Below, one piece after another: positions 1 to 9,269 of a DNA stretch of 45,525 nucleotides. Origin of the DNA: a virus. Lineage: Duplodnaviria > Caudoviricetes. A program made the position numbers and the translations under genes. Location of the stretch: the IMG/VR virus record IMGVR_UViG_3300017700_000628, positions 1 through 45,525 of that record, one strand, 5' to 3'. The first letter of the stretch is position 1; every line of letters starts with the position of its first letter. The notes under the pieces are model-generated. The model searched no databases. It saw nothing but the letters and a program-made list of their open reading frames with translations, and was not told the DNA's origin.

Positions 1-123
1 CGCAAGCATACAACCTGCCGGCACCGTGATCGTGGCCAGCGTAGTCTCGACCAACGTGCCGGTGACTGACGCCGCAGTACCGGACTGAGCTAGCGCACGG
101 ACGGGCATGTCACTCCTCCTCTA
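1..123. repeat. Terminal direct repeat, copy 1 (circular assembly overlap)
   Basis: 1-123 is identical to 45403-45525 and falls inside a CDS that reads across the join. Implied unit length is 45402 bp. Confidence 0.95.
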
Positions 124-322
124 CAGGCGGAAGTTCCACAGCCTCGAGAAATTCCGGCGGCACGTACTCCATAACGTTCTCCGGATCAGCGTGCTGCACG
201 CCGAACAGCTGCTTCCGCACTTCCCGTTCATCGAACATCACGCAGCGGACAACCCTGCCCACCTGCTGACTTCTCGTATCCCGGACGATTTCATTCAGCC
301 CGAACTTGAACGTCACTCTCAT
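110..322 (-). CDS. Hypothetical protein, 70 aa
   Basis: Fits tightly between the tailspike stop (324) and the start of the 148-aa gene (108, equivalent to 45510), on the same strand as the late operon. Confidence 0.6.
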   Translation of the reverse strand: MRVTFKFGLNEIVRDTRSQQVGRVVRCVMFDEREVRKQLFGVQHADPENVMEYVPPEFLEAVELPPVEEE

Positions 323-323
323 T

Positions 324-2516
324 TCACTCTCCTAGAATTTGCATGACATACCCGCCTGCGCCGCCATTGGCCGCAGGATCCCAGAAGCCGAGGCAATGAA
401 ACCCGCCGTAGATCGTCAAGTTGCGCGGGATGCCGCCAGGTGTACGGATTTTGTTCGCGTCGTGGATGAAGCTGACGGTTCCTGTTGCCGTCGCCTTTCT
501 GATATAGAATACATCCTCACGAGTGATGCTTTGATCCGGCCAAACGAAGCTGACGACATTGTACGTAGTCAGCGTCGTTATGGAATTGTGACCGTTCAGC
601 AACGTCATGACACCCGCGCCATCCGTCACTGCGACGGTGGGATTTGGCGAGCCAATGCGATCGATGACGGCGAGGGATTTTTCGCTCCGCGTGCTGATGT
701 TCTGGAAGTTGTAACGGTAGGTAACGTCCGTGCCGCCCGAAACTTCCACGACACTGAACAGCGTATCCGCCACCACCACGTTATTCCGCTGGCGGATCAG
801 ATTGTTGTCAGTAGCGTCCTGCGGCTGGTAGCGGATGCCGAAGGTCGACAGCCCGACGCCCTCTGGCATTTCCAGAATGTTGTCGTTGACGTGCATCTTC
901 TGCGCCCGCTGATTGGCCGGAGCAGAAGTCAGCAAGATCGCGGACGAGCCGAAGATGCAAGAGGCGTTGTTCAGATACTTGATCCGGTTCCCCTCGATAG
1001 TCACGTCGCGGCCCGAACCCGAAGACGAGCCGATGCGAATACCAAAGTTCGTCGAGTCGATGATCGTATTGTGATCGATGATGATGTCCTGGACGAACCA
1101 GTTCTGCACGGCCGTCTCGAACCCGCCGACGAGCGTGATGCCACCTACGCCGCCGACACGATCCGCGTAGTAAACATCGGCGTTGACCAGAATGCGTGGA
1201 AGCGCGCCGCTCAACGTAAGCTCGTTGTTCGGCAGATCGATCGAGTTAATCCCGAGGATGACGTGGTTTTCGTCCGTCGTGAACGGATCGATACACACAT
1301 AGCCCGCGACGATGTAGGCCGACGCATCGGCTACCTTCAGCTTGTTCGCCGCGCCAACCACACTGTTACCCGTAGTGTAGCTTTCGCCATTGATCTTCAT
1401 GCCACTGCCGATCAGCGTGCAGTGGTGAATGTGCCCATTGCGGACGCCACGATTGCCGAAGATGCCCGCACCGCCAGAGAACCGCGACATATAGCCGGAA
1501 ATGTCGAAATCGCTCGTGCCCGCGTAGGGGCCGTCTGACCAATCTGACGTAGCTATTGCTTGCAGCCCGGCGGGTACGGCTTCCAACGCAACACAAGTAG
1601 CCGAAAGCGGGGATGCAACGGAAGTCACCCGAACAACTGCAACGTCAGTGCCGCCGCCGGCTCTAAGCGTGATGTTACTATTTTCCTGCTCTTTGTAAAG
1701 AACAGACCCAGTACCGCCGATCGTGAGCGTTAGGATCGACCCTGCCGTGTAAGCCGCGCCCGAGAGCGTAGCCGTGGACGTGACGGCCTGCGTGCGATCG
1801 ACACCGCCGATGAACAGCCCGCCGAACGGGGCGTAGGCAAAGCAGTTCTTGACCGTGACACGGCCGTTCGAGCGCGACACCGACCATGCGTTGTCAGCCG
1901 AGAACCAGCTGTTGCTGTCCGCGATGTGGACGTGGCGGTTGTACAAAATACCTGGGTCTTTGCACTTCCAGAAATCGCACCGCGAAATCAGCACCTTCTT
2001 GCGCATCGACGCAATCCAGAAGGGCAGATCGTTGAAGTTGTTGAACTCGCAGTTGATGACGTTGACGGAGGCTAGCGCATTGTGCGGGCCACGCAGCGTA
2101 AACGCCCGGCCACCGGTCCGGCTGTTTACATACGGCGCCCAGCTTGTCCGAACATTGCCGCCGTCCCAGATGATGTTCTCGAAATGCCCACCGGTGCAGC
2201 GCGTGAAGGTGCTGTCGGCTTCACGATAGTTCTGCAGCCCATTGACGTTGTTGCCAATGTTAATCGTGATCTTTTCGTCAGGGCCAATGACGATCGGCTT
2301 GTGACCGTCTGGCAGCGGCGTCGTGGCTGTGAGCGTGATCGAGTCGCCCCGCAACCGGATCGGAGTCCGGCGTCCCGCAAGTCGCTGGCGGTTCTGCTCA
2401 ATGATCGCCCGAGACCAGGCAAGGTTATGGTTGCCGCCGAGAATATCCCTCTCAGCGTCGATCAGAATTTCGCGGCGCGGAGTCAACGCCAGCATGTCTT
2501 TGGAAAGTGCGGCCAT
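324..2516 (-). CDS. Tailspike / polysaccharide depolymerase-like beta-helix protein, 730 aa
   Basis: Parallel beta-helix-like repeats (VNVINCEF, VLISRCDF, VTVKNC, IIIDHNTI, VTIEGNRI). Lies directly downstream of the tail fibre gene, with a GGAG RBS upstream. Confidence 0.7.
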   Translation of the reverse strand: MAALSKDMLALTPRREILIDAERDILGGNHNLAWSRAIIEQNRQRLAGRRTPIRLRGDSITLTATTPLPDGHKPIVIGPDEKITINIGNNVNGLQNYREADSTFTRCTGGHFENIIWDGGNVRTSWAPYVNSRTGGRAFTLRGPHNALASVNVINCEFNNFNDLPFWIASMRKKVLISRCDFWKCKDPGILYNRHVHIADSNSWFSADNAWSVSRSNGRVTVKNCFAYAPFGGLFIGGVDRTQAVTSTATLSGAAYTAGSILTLTIGGTGSVLYKEQENSNITLRAGGGTDVAVVRVTSVASPLSATCVALEAVPAGLQAIATSDWSDGPYAGTSDFDISGYMSRFSGGAGIFGNRGVRNGHIHHCTLIGSGMKINGESYTTGNSVVGAANKLKVADASAYIVAGYVCIDPFTTDENHVILGINSIDLPNNELTLSGALPRILVNADVYYADRVGGVGGITLVGGFETAVQNWFVQDIIIDHNTIIDSTNFGIRIGSSSGSGRDVTIEGNRIKYLNNASCIFGSSAILLTSAPANQRAQKMHVNDNILEMPEGVGLSTFGIRYQPQDATDNNLIRQRNNVVVADTLFSVVEVSGGTDVTYRYNFQNISTRSEKSLAVIDRIGSPNPTVAVTDGAGVMTLLNGHNSITTLTTYNVVSFVWPDQSITREDVFYIRKATATGTVSFIHDANKIRTPGGIPRNLTIYGGFHCLGFWDPAANGGAGGYVMQILGE

Positions 2517-2526
2517 CGGCGTGCTC

Positions 2527-4533
2527 CTACGGGCGGATCAGATCAAGGTGGCTGAGGTCTTCGAAATCAGCGCCAGTGGCGATCCACCGACGACCCCGTT
2601 GAACTCGATTGTGCGAAGTCACATTGTACCTGCTTTGATGATTGGCAGTGCCAGGCGTCACAAGATTGCTGAAGTTCATGTGAATGTCGCCGTCAGTAAT
2701 CTTGTTGTGGTAGATGTCATTGCCCATCGTAGGAAGGGAAATTTTATCCCCTGTCTCCGAAGCGTAGCTTGTGTCCGCCTCCCATCCACACCCGGCGCGG
2801 AGCCAAATGCCCCAATTGAACCCGCTGCCGGGATCAACCCCGTTGTAGATGATAGTGTTGTTTCCGACGCTGTTGTCGATGCAGAGGTTGTAAAGGGAAA
2901 TTGACCCGCCGACAGTATCGCGTTCAACCGTGTTGCCAAGGACTCTGTTCGACAAGAACGGCGTGCAGATTGTCACCATGTCGCCCGCCTGCAGCAATGC
3001 AAGCGCCGTATCCGACATAGCCCGGAAATGCCCCGTTCGGTTGAACGTGAACTGGCCGGAGTTATTGTTGTAGCTAATCTGGTACACCGCGCTTGTCGCC
3101 AGGCCGGTGAGCACAACCATGTACCCGCCTGCAAAGGCTGCTTCCGATCCAGCCCAGCTTCCGGCGTTCGGGCTCAGCGTGACGAAGCAGGTCGTGGCGT
3201 CGACTGTTCCGGTAGCTGTGATTGTCGAAGTCTCCCTCGCACCTAGCCGCTCCGGGAAGTTTCCAGCAATGTCGAAGATCACCGCCTCTTCTTCAGGATT
3301 GATGAAGGTGTTTTCTTCGACGAGGTTGTACTCCACGCATCCGCTGGTAAAGCGGTGATCGGCAAAGTTGTTAATGAACGTAACGCCTGTTTTGCCGCCG
3401 ATCATTGTGTTCAGCACGACCTTGTTCGCCTGGCCCATGTTGAAGACGACGTTGCCGCCGCTTGCGCCACTGAACCTGTTAAACTTCACGACCCCTTTAG
3501 ACATATAAGTGAACAGTATCGGGTTAGCGACGTTGACAAAATCGTTGTCTTCGACTATCCATGCGTTAGGTTTACGCCCTGCGCCGAAGGTCGAGATGCC
3601 GATGTCGCCGCCTGTGAAGACGCAGCGGCGGATTTCAACTCCGGTAACGTCATTCGATGCAGCTCGGTGCTGCAAGTGATACTGCGGCGTGCCGGTGAAG
3701 CGAACGCCCTCAATCCGGCAGAAGTCAGTCAGCAAGAACGTCGTGCCACCGGCCGGGCCGATGATCGTTGACGTTCGCTCGGCCGAAATACGGGTTCCAG
3801 CCGGGAGGGAAATCGTGCTGTTAATAATCATAGTCCGGCCGGGGGGAAGCCGAACCCCGAGCCCGAGCGCCAGCGAAGCGTTTATCGTAGCAAGCAGCGC
3901 CGCTGAGTCGTCCGTCACGCCATCCATCTTGGCCCCCATGTCGATCGGGGACAGGCCAAGTTCGTCAAGCTTGTTTGAGTACGTCCGAGCGGACGCCCCG
4001 GCGTAGGGGTAGGTGTACGATCCGGGTACAGTTTCAAACTCATACGCCGTCGGATTGCCCAGTGCGTCAAACCCAAGAACGCTGTTTGCCCGGTTTACGA
4101 CCGAAGGAAGCTCAGTGATCGGAAAGCCAAACGGCCCCCGCAGCGACCGGCTCAAGCCTTCCGCAAGCTGCAAATCCTGCATGGCGAACTGGTCAAGCTG
4201 GTACTCAAGGCTCTTCGGATAGAACCCGCCCTGGTTCGACAACGTGATCCGGCTTTCGTAGTCCACGTCACGCCTGATCCGAAGCTCATACGCCGACGAC
4301 AGCGGGACGCCCGAGGGGTTGTACGTAACACTCCCGCCGCTGTAGTTCGTCGTCGAGACGCCGGTGATTGCATAGTCATCCGGCGTCAGCGTGTCAACGA
4401 TTGCCTTCGTCGTATAGTCGAGGATTTCCACCACGACCATTTCATACTCGGGCAGCCGGAACGTGTAGGGAAAGACTGTCGTGACTCCGTTACCCCGGAG
4501 TGTTACGCTGACGTTTGGGTTCTCAACAGTCAT
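2527..4533 (-). CDS. Tail fibre / tailspike with podovirus N-terminal anchor and pectate-lyase-like beta-helix, 668 aa
   Basis: N-terminal GNGVTTVFPYTF resembles a T7 gp17-like anchor. DMGAKMDGVTDDSAAL matches the start of a pectate_lyase_3-type domain, followed by N-rich beta-helix repeats. Confidence 0.8.
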   Translation of the reverse strand: MTVENPNVSVTLRGNGVTTVFPYTFRLPEYEMVVVEILDYTTKAIVDTLTPDDYAITGVSTTNYSGGSVTYNPSGVPLSSAYELRIRRDVDYESRITLSNQGGFYPKSLEYQLDQFAMQDLQLAEGLSRSLRGPFGFPITELPSVVNRANSVLGFDALGNPTAYEFETVPGSYTYPYAGASARTYSNKLDELGLSPIDMGAKMDGVTDDSAALLATINASLALGLGVRLPPGRTMIINSTISLPAGTRISAERTSTIIGPAGGTTFLLTDFCRIEGVRFTGTPQYHLQHRAASNDVTGVEIRRCVFTGGDIGISTFGAGRKPNAWIVEDNDFVNVANPILFTYMSKGVVKFNRFSGASGGNVVFNMGQANKVVLNTMIGGKTGVTFINNFADHRFTSGCVEYNLVEENTFINPEEEAVIFDIAGNFPERLGARETSTITATGTVDATTCFVTLSPNAGSWAGSEAAFAGGYMVVLTGLATSAVYQISYNNNSGQFTFNRTGHFRAMSDTALALLQAGDMVTICTPFLSNRVLGNTVERDTVGGSISLYNLCIDNSVGNNTIIYNGVDPGSGFNWGIWLRAGCGWEADTSYASETGDKISLPTMGNDIYHNKITDGDIHMNFSNLVTPGTANHQSRYNVTSHNRVQRGRRWIATGADFEDLSHLDLIRP

Positions 4534-4550
4534 CTTGCGGTCCTTGAGTT

Positions 4551-4585
4551 GGGTATGTATGTTTCCACGGTGTAAGCATACATAT
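4551..4585. promoter_or_regulatory. Quasi-palindromic phage site, copy A (GGGTATGTATGTTTCC-ACGGT-GTAAGCATACATAT)
   Basis: Intergenic, upstream of the tail fibre gene. 29/35 identical to the reverse complement of 24426-24460. Confidence 0.65.
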
Positions 4586-7041
4586 CACTCTCCAAACACT
4601 TTACTGAAATCAGGCGCTCGTTTCGGACTACGTTCGCCAGCTTTCCACCAAGCATCTTGCCCAGTCTCCTGAATTCTTTTTGCTTCAGTCTTTTTCAATT
4701 TCCTGAACGCAGCTGGATCGGTATACTGCAGAAGTGTATCACGTATGTACCGATCAATCAAGAGCCGGATTTGCCAAGGTTTAGGACCATACGCAGTCAT
4801 GTAATTTATCAATTCGGCTTTAGCATTCGTATCCTTGCCATCGAGAACTTGCTGAATATTCTCAAGCGTAAGTTTTGCTGTGTCAGACGCAAATTGCACA
4901 CCTGGGCCAGCGACTCGTTCTGCGAGAGATTTGCCGGTAAAGTTGCCACCGAAAACAAGATCGCCAGCTAGACCCATGCTTCCGCCATTTAGCGCTGCTT
5001 TACCCCAAAACTCTGGCGTAGCCATATTTTCAGGGTCCTTGCCCTGCAGCACGCTTTTAAGCTGCGTAATCATGGCGCCGCCAATAGTTAGGTACGCCAT
5101 AAACCTGGCCGTCGCTCCGAGCCTACCGACTGCCGTCGGGTTGTCGAGAATTTGCCTCGCTGACATAAGCATGATTGATACAGGAAAAGTAAGCAGCGAT
5201 CCGCCTGTGCGGGTGACTTGCCCAAGAACAGTCGATGACGAGATAAACTTTCCCATAATTGCGTCAAGTTTCGTGCCAGGCGTGAGCACTACTTCTCGCG
5301 TAGTCCCCTGGATAAAATCGAGAAATTTATCCGCAACCCGCTGCTGCCGACCAGAACCGCCCGAGGCTTTCGCCATGTCGATCGGGCGCAAGAACGTCGC
5401 GCCCTGTTCGTCATACAGCTTTGTTTTCCGAAACATATTCCAGTCATCTGACGTCAGGCCGTATTTTTGCATAAGCTCCTTGTACGGCAAATCGTCAAAC
5501 TTAACTTTCGCGTCGTCAGCAAATCGCCCCATCATTTCCATGCCCCAGGCCCACTTCAGCGCTTGCTGGTGCGGGGTCATCCAGGTGAGCCGCATGAGCA
5601 CGTCAGAGTAATTTCGCGCGATACGAGAACCGTCCATTGCACCAAAATACCGCTGATAGGATGACGCATGGGCAGTTGCGCTTTCGGCGATCAACCCCGA
5701 GCGAATGGCAAGCTTGCGTAGCGCTGCATTTTGTTCCGGCGTTTTACCCACCGGATTGAAGAACTTCAAATATGCCTGCGTGATGTTTAAGCCGGGAATT
5801 TTATTTGCGTGTTGATAGTTCTTGACGAACGCAAAATCATTCAGGTTTGAAATGTACGCTCCGGCGAGGAGGTTAGAGTTAATAAATGTGCGAAGGGTGG
5901 CCATGCCCTGCGCCATGAGATTTTCTTCGCCGTTCAACACCCCGAGCGTAAAAATTTCATACTGCTTGTCGAACCGATCGACAGCTTCCTCGGCTCCTTT
6001 TTTGAACTTAGACTTTTTCTTTGTCGTTGATGCTGCGTCTGAAGCAAGGTCAGCGTCACCTGCATTTTTCATTGCTGTATTCCGCAGGTAGCTTTTCATC
6101 CCTGCCGGGTTCGGCCCAAACTTTTCCAGCATCGCGGTGTCTCGCGCCATCGAGTCAATAGACGCGATAGTCTGCTGAAATATGTTACCTGAGCCGTACT
6201 TTTTCTGCATTTCAAGATACGACGCAGCGTCTTTGTAATACAGAAACCGCGAGCGCGACAGTCGGGTCGCAAGCTGATCAGCCGCAGTCTGCCCCGGCTT
6301 TAACCGCGATGCTCCATCAGTCGATATGCCGTCATAAACTGTTTCAAGCACAGACCGGCGAGCAGCAACTGGGATTGGCCTATCGTTCAGCCGCATCAAG
6401 TCCCAGTCAAGCCGGTCAAGATGCTCATTCACCCATTCGTCTCGAGTAACCTGGCGGACTTTCAACCTGTCGTGCGTTTGCGGGAGCCGCCGGTTGGGGT
6501 TTTCCGGAATACTTGCTCCCTCAAGGTTAGCCCGTTTCCGCATGAACTCAAACGTATCATGCAGCGCGTCCGCCATAGCTTTCGCCACGCCATTGCTGAC
6601 TTGTTCACCGTGGGCTGCTCGCGCCACGTCATCCATATCCTGGATAGGGTGCGACAGTCCTGCTGCTCTCGGGCGGTAATGATCGATCATATCCGCCAGC
6701 ATTGCCTGCGACATGCCGACATTACGCTGGTACGCAATTTCAACTTCGTTGAAAAACTTATCCATTTCGAGAGGAATGTCTTTTGTAGTGCTGAACCGCT
6801 CATGAATTGCGTGCGCCTTCCGCATCTCGTTAATCCGCTTCCAACGCTGCTCCGCATTCAGCTTCGCAATAGCATTAACCGCCTCTTGCGTCGCTGCGTC
6901 TCTCGCGGCCGCTTCCGTTGCGCCCGCTGCAATTTGGTCGGCGTAAATTTCGTTAAACGCATCTTCAGCCTTCTGCCCCTTTTCGGCCTTGATCTTGCCG
7001 GTCGTGACAGCGGTGCGAATGCAGTCGATGAACGTAGTCAT
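4585..7041 (-). CDS. Internal virion (ejection) protein, about 818 aa
   Basis: Large helical protein with a hydrophobic C-terminal region, positioned just before the tail fibre as in BPP-1/epsilon15-like podoviruses. ATG at 7041 overlaps the upstream stop. Confidence 0.7.
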   Translation of the reverse strand: MTTFIDCIRTAVTTGKIKAEKGQKAEDAFNEIYADQIAAGATEAAARDAATQEAVNAIAKLNAEQRWKRINEMRKAHAIHERFSTTKDIPLEMDKFFNEVEIAYQRNVGMSQAMLADMIDHYRPRAAGLSHPIQDMDDVARAAHGEQVSNGVAKAMADALHDTFEFMRKRANLEGASIPENPNRRLPQTHDRLKVRQVTRDEWVNEHLDRLDWDLMRLNDRPIPVAARRSVLETVYDGISTDGASRLKPGQTAADQLATRLSRSRFLYYKDAASYLEMQKKYGSGNIFQQTIASIDSMARDTAMLEKFGPNPAGMKSYLRNTAMKNAGDADLASDAASTTKKKSKFKKGAEEAVDRFDKQYEIFTLGVLNGEENLMAQGMATLRTFINSNLLAGAYISNLNDFAFVKNYQHANKIPGLNITQAYLKFFNPVGKTPEQNAALRKLAIRSGLIAESATAHASSYQRYFGAMDGSRIARNYSDVLMRLTWMTPHQQALKWAWGMEMMGRFADDAKVKFDDLPYKELMQKYGLTSDDWNMFRKTKLYDEQGATFLRPIDMAKASGGSGRQQRVADKFLDFIQGTTREVVLTPGTKLDAIMGKFISSSTVLGQVTRTGGSLLTFPVSIMLMSARQILDNPTAVGRLGATARFMAYLTIGGAMITQLKSVLQGKDPENMATPEFWGKAALNGGSMGLAGDLVFGGNFTGKSLAERVAGPGVQFASDTAKLTLENIQQVLDGKDTNAKAELINYMTAYGPKPWQIRLLIDRYIRDTLLQYTDPAAFRKLKKTEAKRIQETGQDAWWKAGERSPKRAPDFSKVFGE

Positions 7042-9269
7042 ATTGCGCAAACTTTCATTGCTTCAAGCAGGGCATCGTCGTCGGCTAGGTCGTCAAGGAT
7101 AGCGGCGACAGTGGAGACTTCGGTATCGGATATTGGTACTTCGAGATCGTTACGGACGAGGACCTCGTCACCGATGTCGGACATGAGATCAGTTGTTTTT
7201 GTTCCCGCTGGAGGTTCCGGCATAAAATCGTCAACAGACATTTCCTGCTGCTCTCGGCGAAACCTTGTTAGGTCATCATACAGCCGCTTCAAATTACCGC
7301 TGTCCATCGATCGGCGATAAGCCATGCTATATTCGAAATCAAGATCGTCAATGGCTTCGTCTGCCGCATTAGCCGCTTCAAACCGCGTAAGATTTGTTTC
7401 AGCAACCATGCGGTTTATTTGCGTTTCAGTGTAAATGTCGGCGCCGGCGGTAGCTTCGCGGTAAGCTTCTGGGGATAGCTGCTTTACGTTAAAAGCAATA
7501 TCCTCCATCGTCAAATCGATGTTTTCTTGCAGCTTGCTTTGCGCATCTTTAAAGCTAGCAAGAGCGCGAGCTTTAGTTTCCTCGTCTATTTTTGGTGCGG
7601 CATTATCGGTAGATTTAACTGGCGGTTCTTTCGCTGCAACCCTTGCCGCAACAATCCGTTCGCCAGTCGGCTCAACCGCCTTAAACTGCAAGTCCACCCC
7701 ACGAGCCATTTCACCCGCAGTCGGCCTCGGCATAAGCTTAAGCTCCAGCCCCGGTTGCGTGATCGCCACGGCCTGGCGTACGGCACTTGCCGCTTTTGCT
7801 TCGCTGACTCGTTTTTCTGAAACCCGTACTGCCCGATCATGGTACTTTTGCGCAACTTCTTGCTGCCGGCGAATATCCTTCATCCGCTTGCGGGTAAGTT
7901 CACGGTATTCTTCCGCAGCTTGCGTGATCCGTTTTGTGCCGATCGTTTCTACGATACCGTCAAGTTCCTGTTCAGCAGCAGCCCGCTCGGCATTGCTCGT
8001 CTGCCTTGACTCAATCTTAGCCTCAAGCTCTTTAACTCGTAGCCCAGTAACTTCGTCAAAGCTTTCGATTGTATCGCCAACTGTCCGTGACGCAAGCTCC
8101 GCATCAAGCTCATCCGCCCGATCCGTGATAACTTTCAGCTGATCTTCCGTCTGCACGAGCCGCTGATGCAGGTCGGGGAATTCTTCTTTCAGAAACTGTC
8201 GGTCAAAGTCAGCTTCCATCCGTGGCAGCGACGTTCCCGGATCGCCGATTGCAGTTGCCGGCGGCGCCCAGGGCTCGTCAAACGCACGACGTGTCGCAGC
8301 CAGTTCATCGAAATACTTTTTTGCTGCCAGTCGATCGTTTCCATAAGGGTTTGTTTCTGCAACTTTTTCTTCGACCTCGAATGCGTAACGTGCCGCACGA
8401 GTTGCCAGTGTGTCGGGCATCGCCGCGAGCGCTTTACGAAACTCAACATTCGACGGAGACAGAAAGTCGGCAACTGCTCGGGCTCGAGCACGTTCCGGCG
8501 CAACAAGCTGCTCAACCCCGCGGTATGTTGGAGCAGCGGCTTCAAATGCCCCGCGCAATATCAGCGCACCCCCTGCTGCATACCCAATCGAGGTCCAGGG
8601 ATTTGTCGGCGCTTCGCCCATTTGCTCTCGGCGGGGCTGAACGAAACCAAACTGCTGCACAGCTTCGGCCCCGCCTGCGAACCCAGCTTCAGACAGCAAC
8701 CTTGCAGCGACAGTACGCCCGGCCCCGCCTACGAACATCGAGCCAAGAAGCACTGGGTCACGCCACGTAAAGCTACCGGCCATGCTTCCGAGCAAATTAC
8801 CAGCATACCCCATCGTAGACGCGCGATCGGCGATGGAGCTATTTTCCCCAGTCACCTCATTTCGCATATTCTTTATGTCAGCCATCATTTCGTCAATGGT
8901 CTGAACTTCCGGGTGGAGAGCTTTAAGCTCCCGGACGCGGGCTTCTCTAGTATCGAACTCACGAAAAATATCAGCGAGTTGCTCGTTGTTATATATAATC
9001 GTGTTCGGGGTGACGCCGAGCTGACGTTCGATAATTGCTGTTGCAGGATCAATGGTGTTATAGGGTAACGAAAGGTCTTCGCCGGTAAGCTCTTTAATCC
9101 TGGCGATGTTTGCGTTGTAACGATTGGCCAGTTCATATTCGACAGAAAACGCCGAGTCAACTTTGTACTGCTGGTCAAACGCAGCGGAAAAGTTTTCGCC
9201 GAATGACGAACTCGGCCCGGCCGAACCTACCGGGTCAGGCAGATGCCCAAAATCGTATTCGTTGCTCAT
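7038..9269 (-). CDS. Internal virion (ejection) protein, 743 aa
   Basis: Gly/Ala hydrophobic segments and long coiled-coil stretches. Translationally coupled within the ejection-protein block. Confidence 0.65.
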   Translation of the reverse strand: MSNEYDFGHLPDPVGSAGPSSSFGENFSAAFDQQYKVDSAFSVEYELANRYNANIARIKELTGEDLSLPYNTIDPATAIIERQLGVTPNTIIYNNEQLADIFREFDTREARVRELKALHPEVQTIDEMMADIKNMRNEVTGENSSIADRASTMGYAGNLLGSMAGSFTWRDPVLLGSMFVGGAGRTVAARLLSEAGFAGGAEAVQQFGFVQPRREQMGEAPTNPWTSIGYAAGGALILRGAFEAAAPTYRGVEQLVAPERARARAVADFLSPSNVEFRKALAAMPDTLATRAARYAFEVEEKVAETNPYGNDRLAAKKYFDELAATRRAFDEPWAPPATAIGDPGTSLPRMEADFDRQFLKEEFPDLHQRLVQTEDQLKVITDRADELDAELASRTVGDTIESFDEVTGLRVKELEAKIESRQTSNAERAAAEQELDGIVETIGTKRITQAAEEYRELTRKRMKDIRRQQEVAQKYHDRAVRVSEKRVSEAKAASAVRQAVAITQPGLELKLMPRPTAGEMARGVDLQFKAVEPTGERIVAARVAAKEPPVKSTDNAAPKIDEETKARALASFKDAQSKLQENIDLTMEDIAFNVKQLSPEAYREATAGADIYTETQINRMVAETNLTRFEAANAADEAIDDLDFEYSMAYRRSMDSGNLKRLYDDLTRFRREQQEMSVDDFMPEPPAGTKTTDLMSDIGDEVLVRNDLEVPISDTEVSTVAAILDDLADDDALLEAMKVCAI

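Noticed and set aside
1-123. 123-bp terminal repeat as a biological direct terminal repeat
   Set aside because: It lies within a coding region of the late operon, which is what a circular assembly overlap looks like. True ends are more plausible near 22624-22980.
324-4533. Diversity-generating retroelement, as in BPP-1
   Set aside because: The structural genes are BPP-1-like, but I saw no reverse transcriptase ORF and no template/variable repeat pair near the tail fibre genes.
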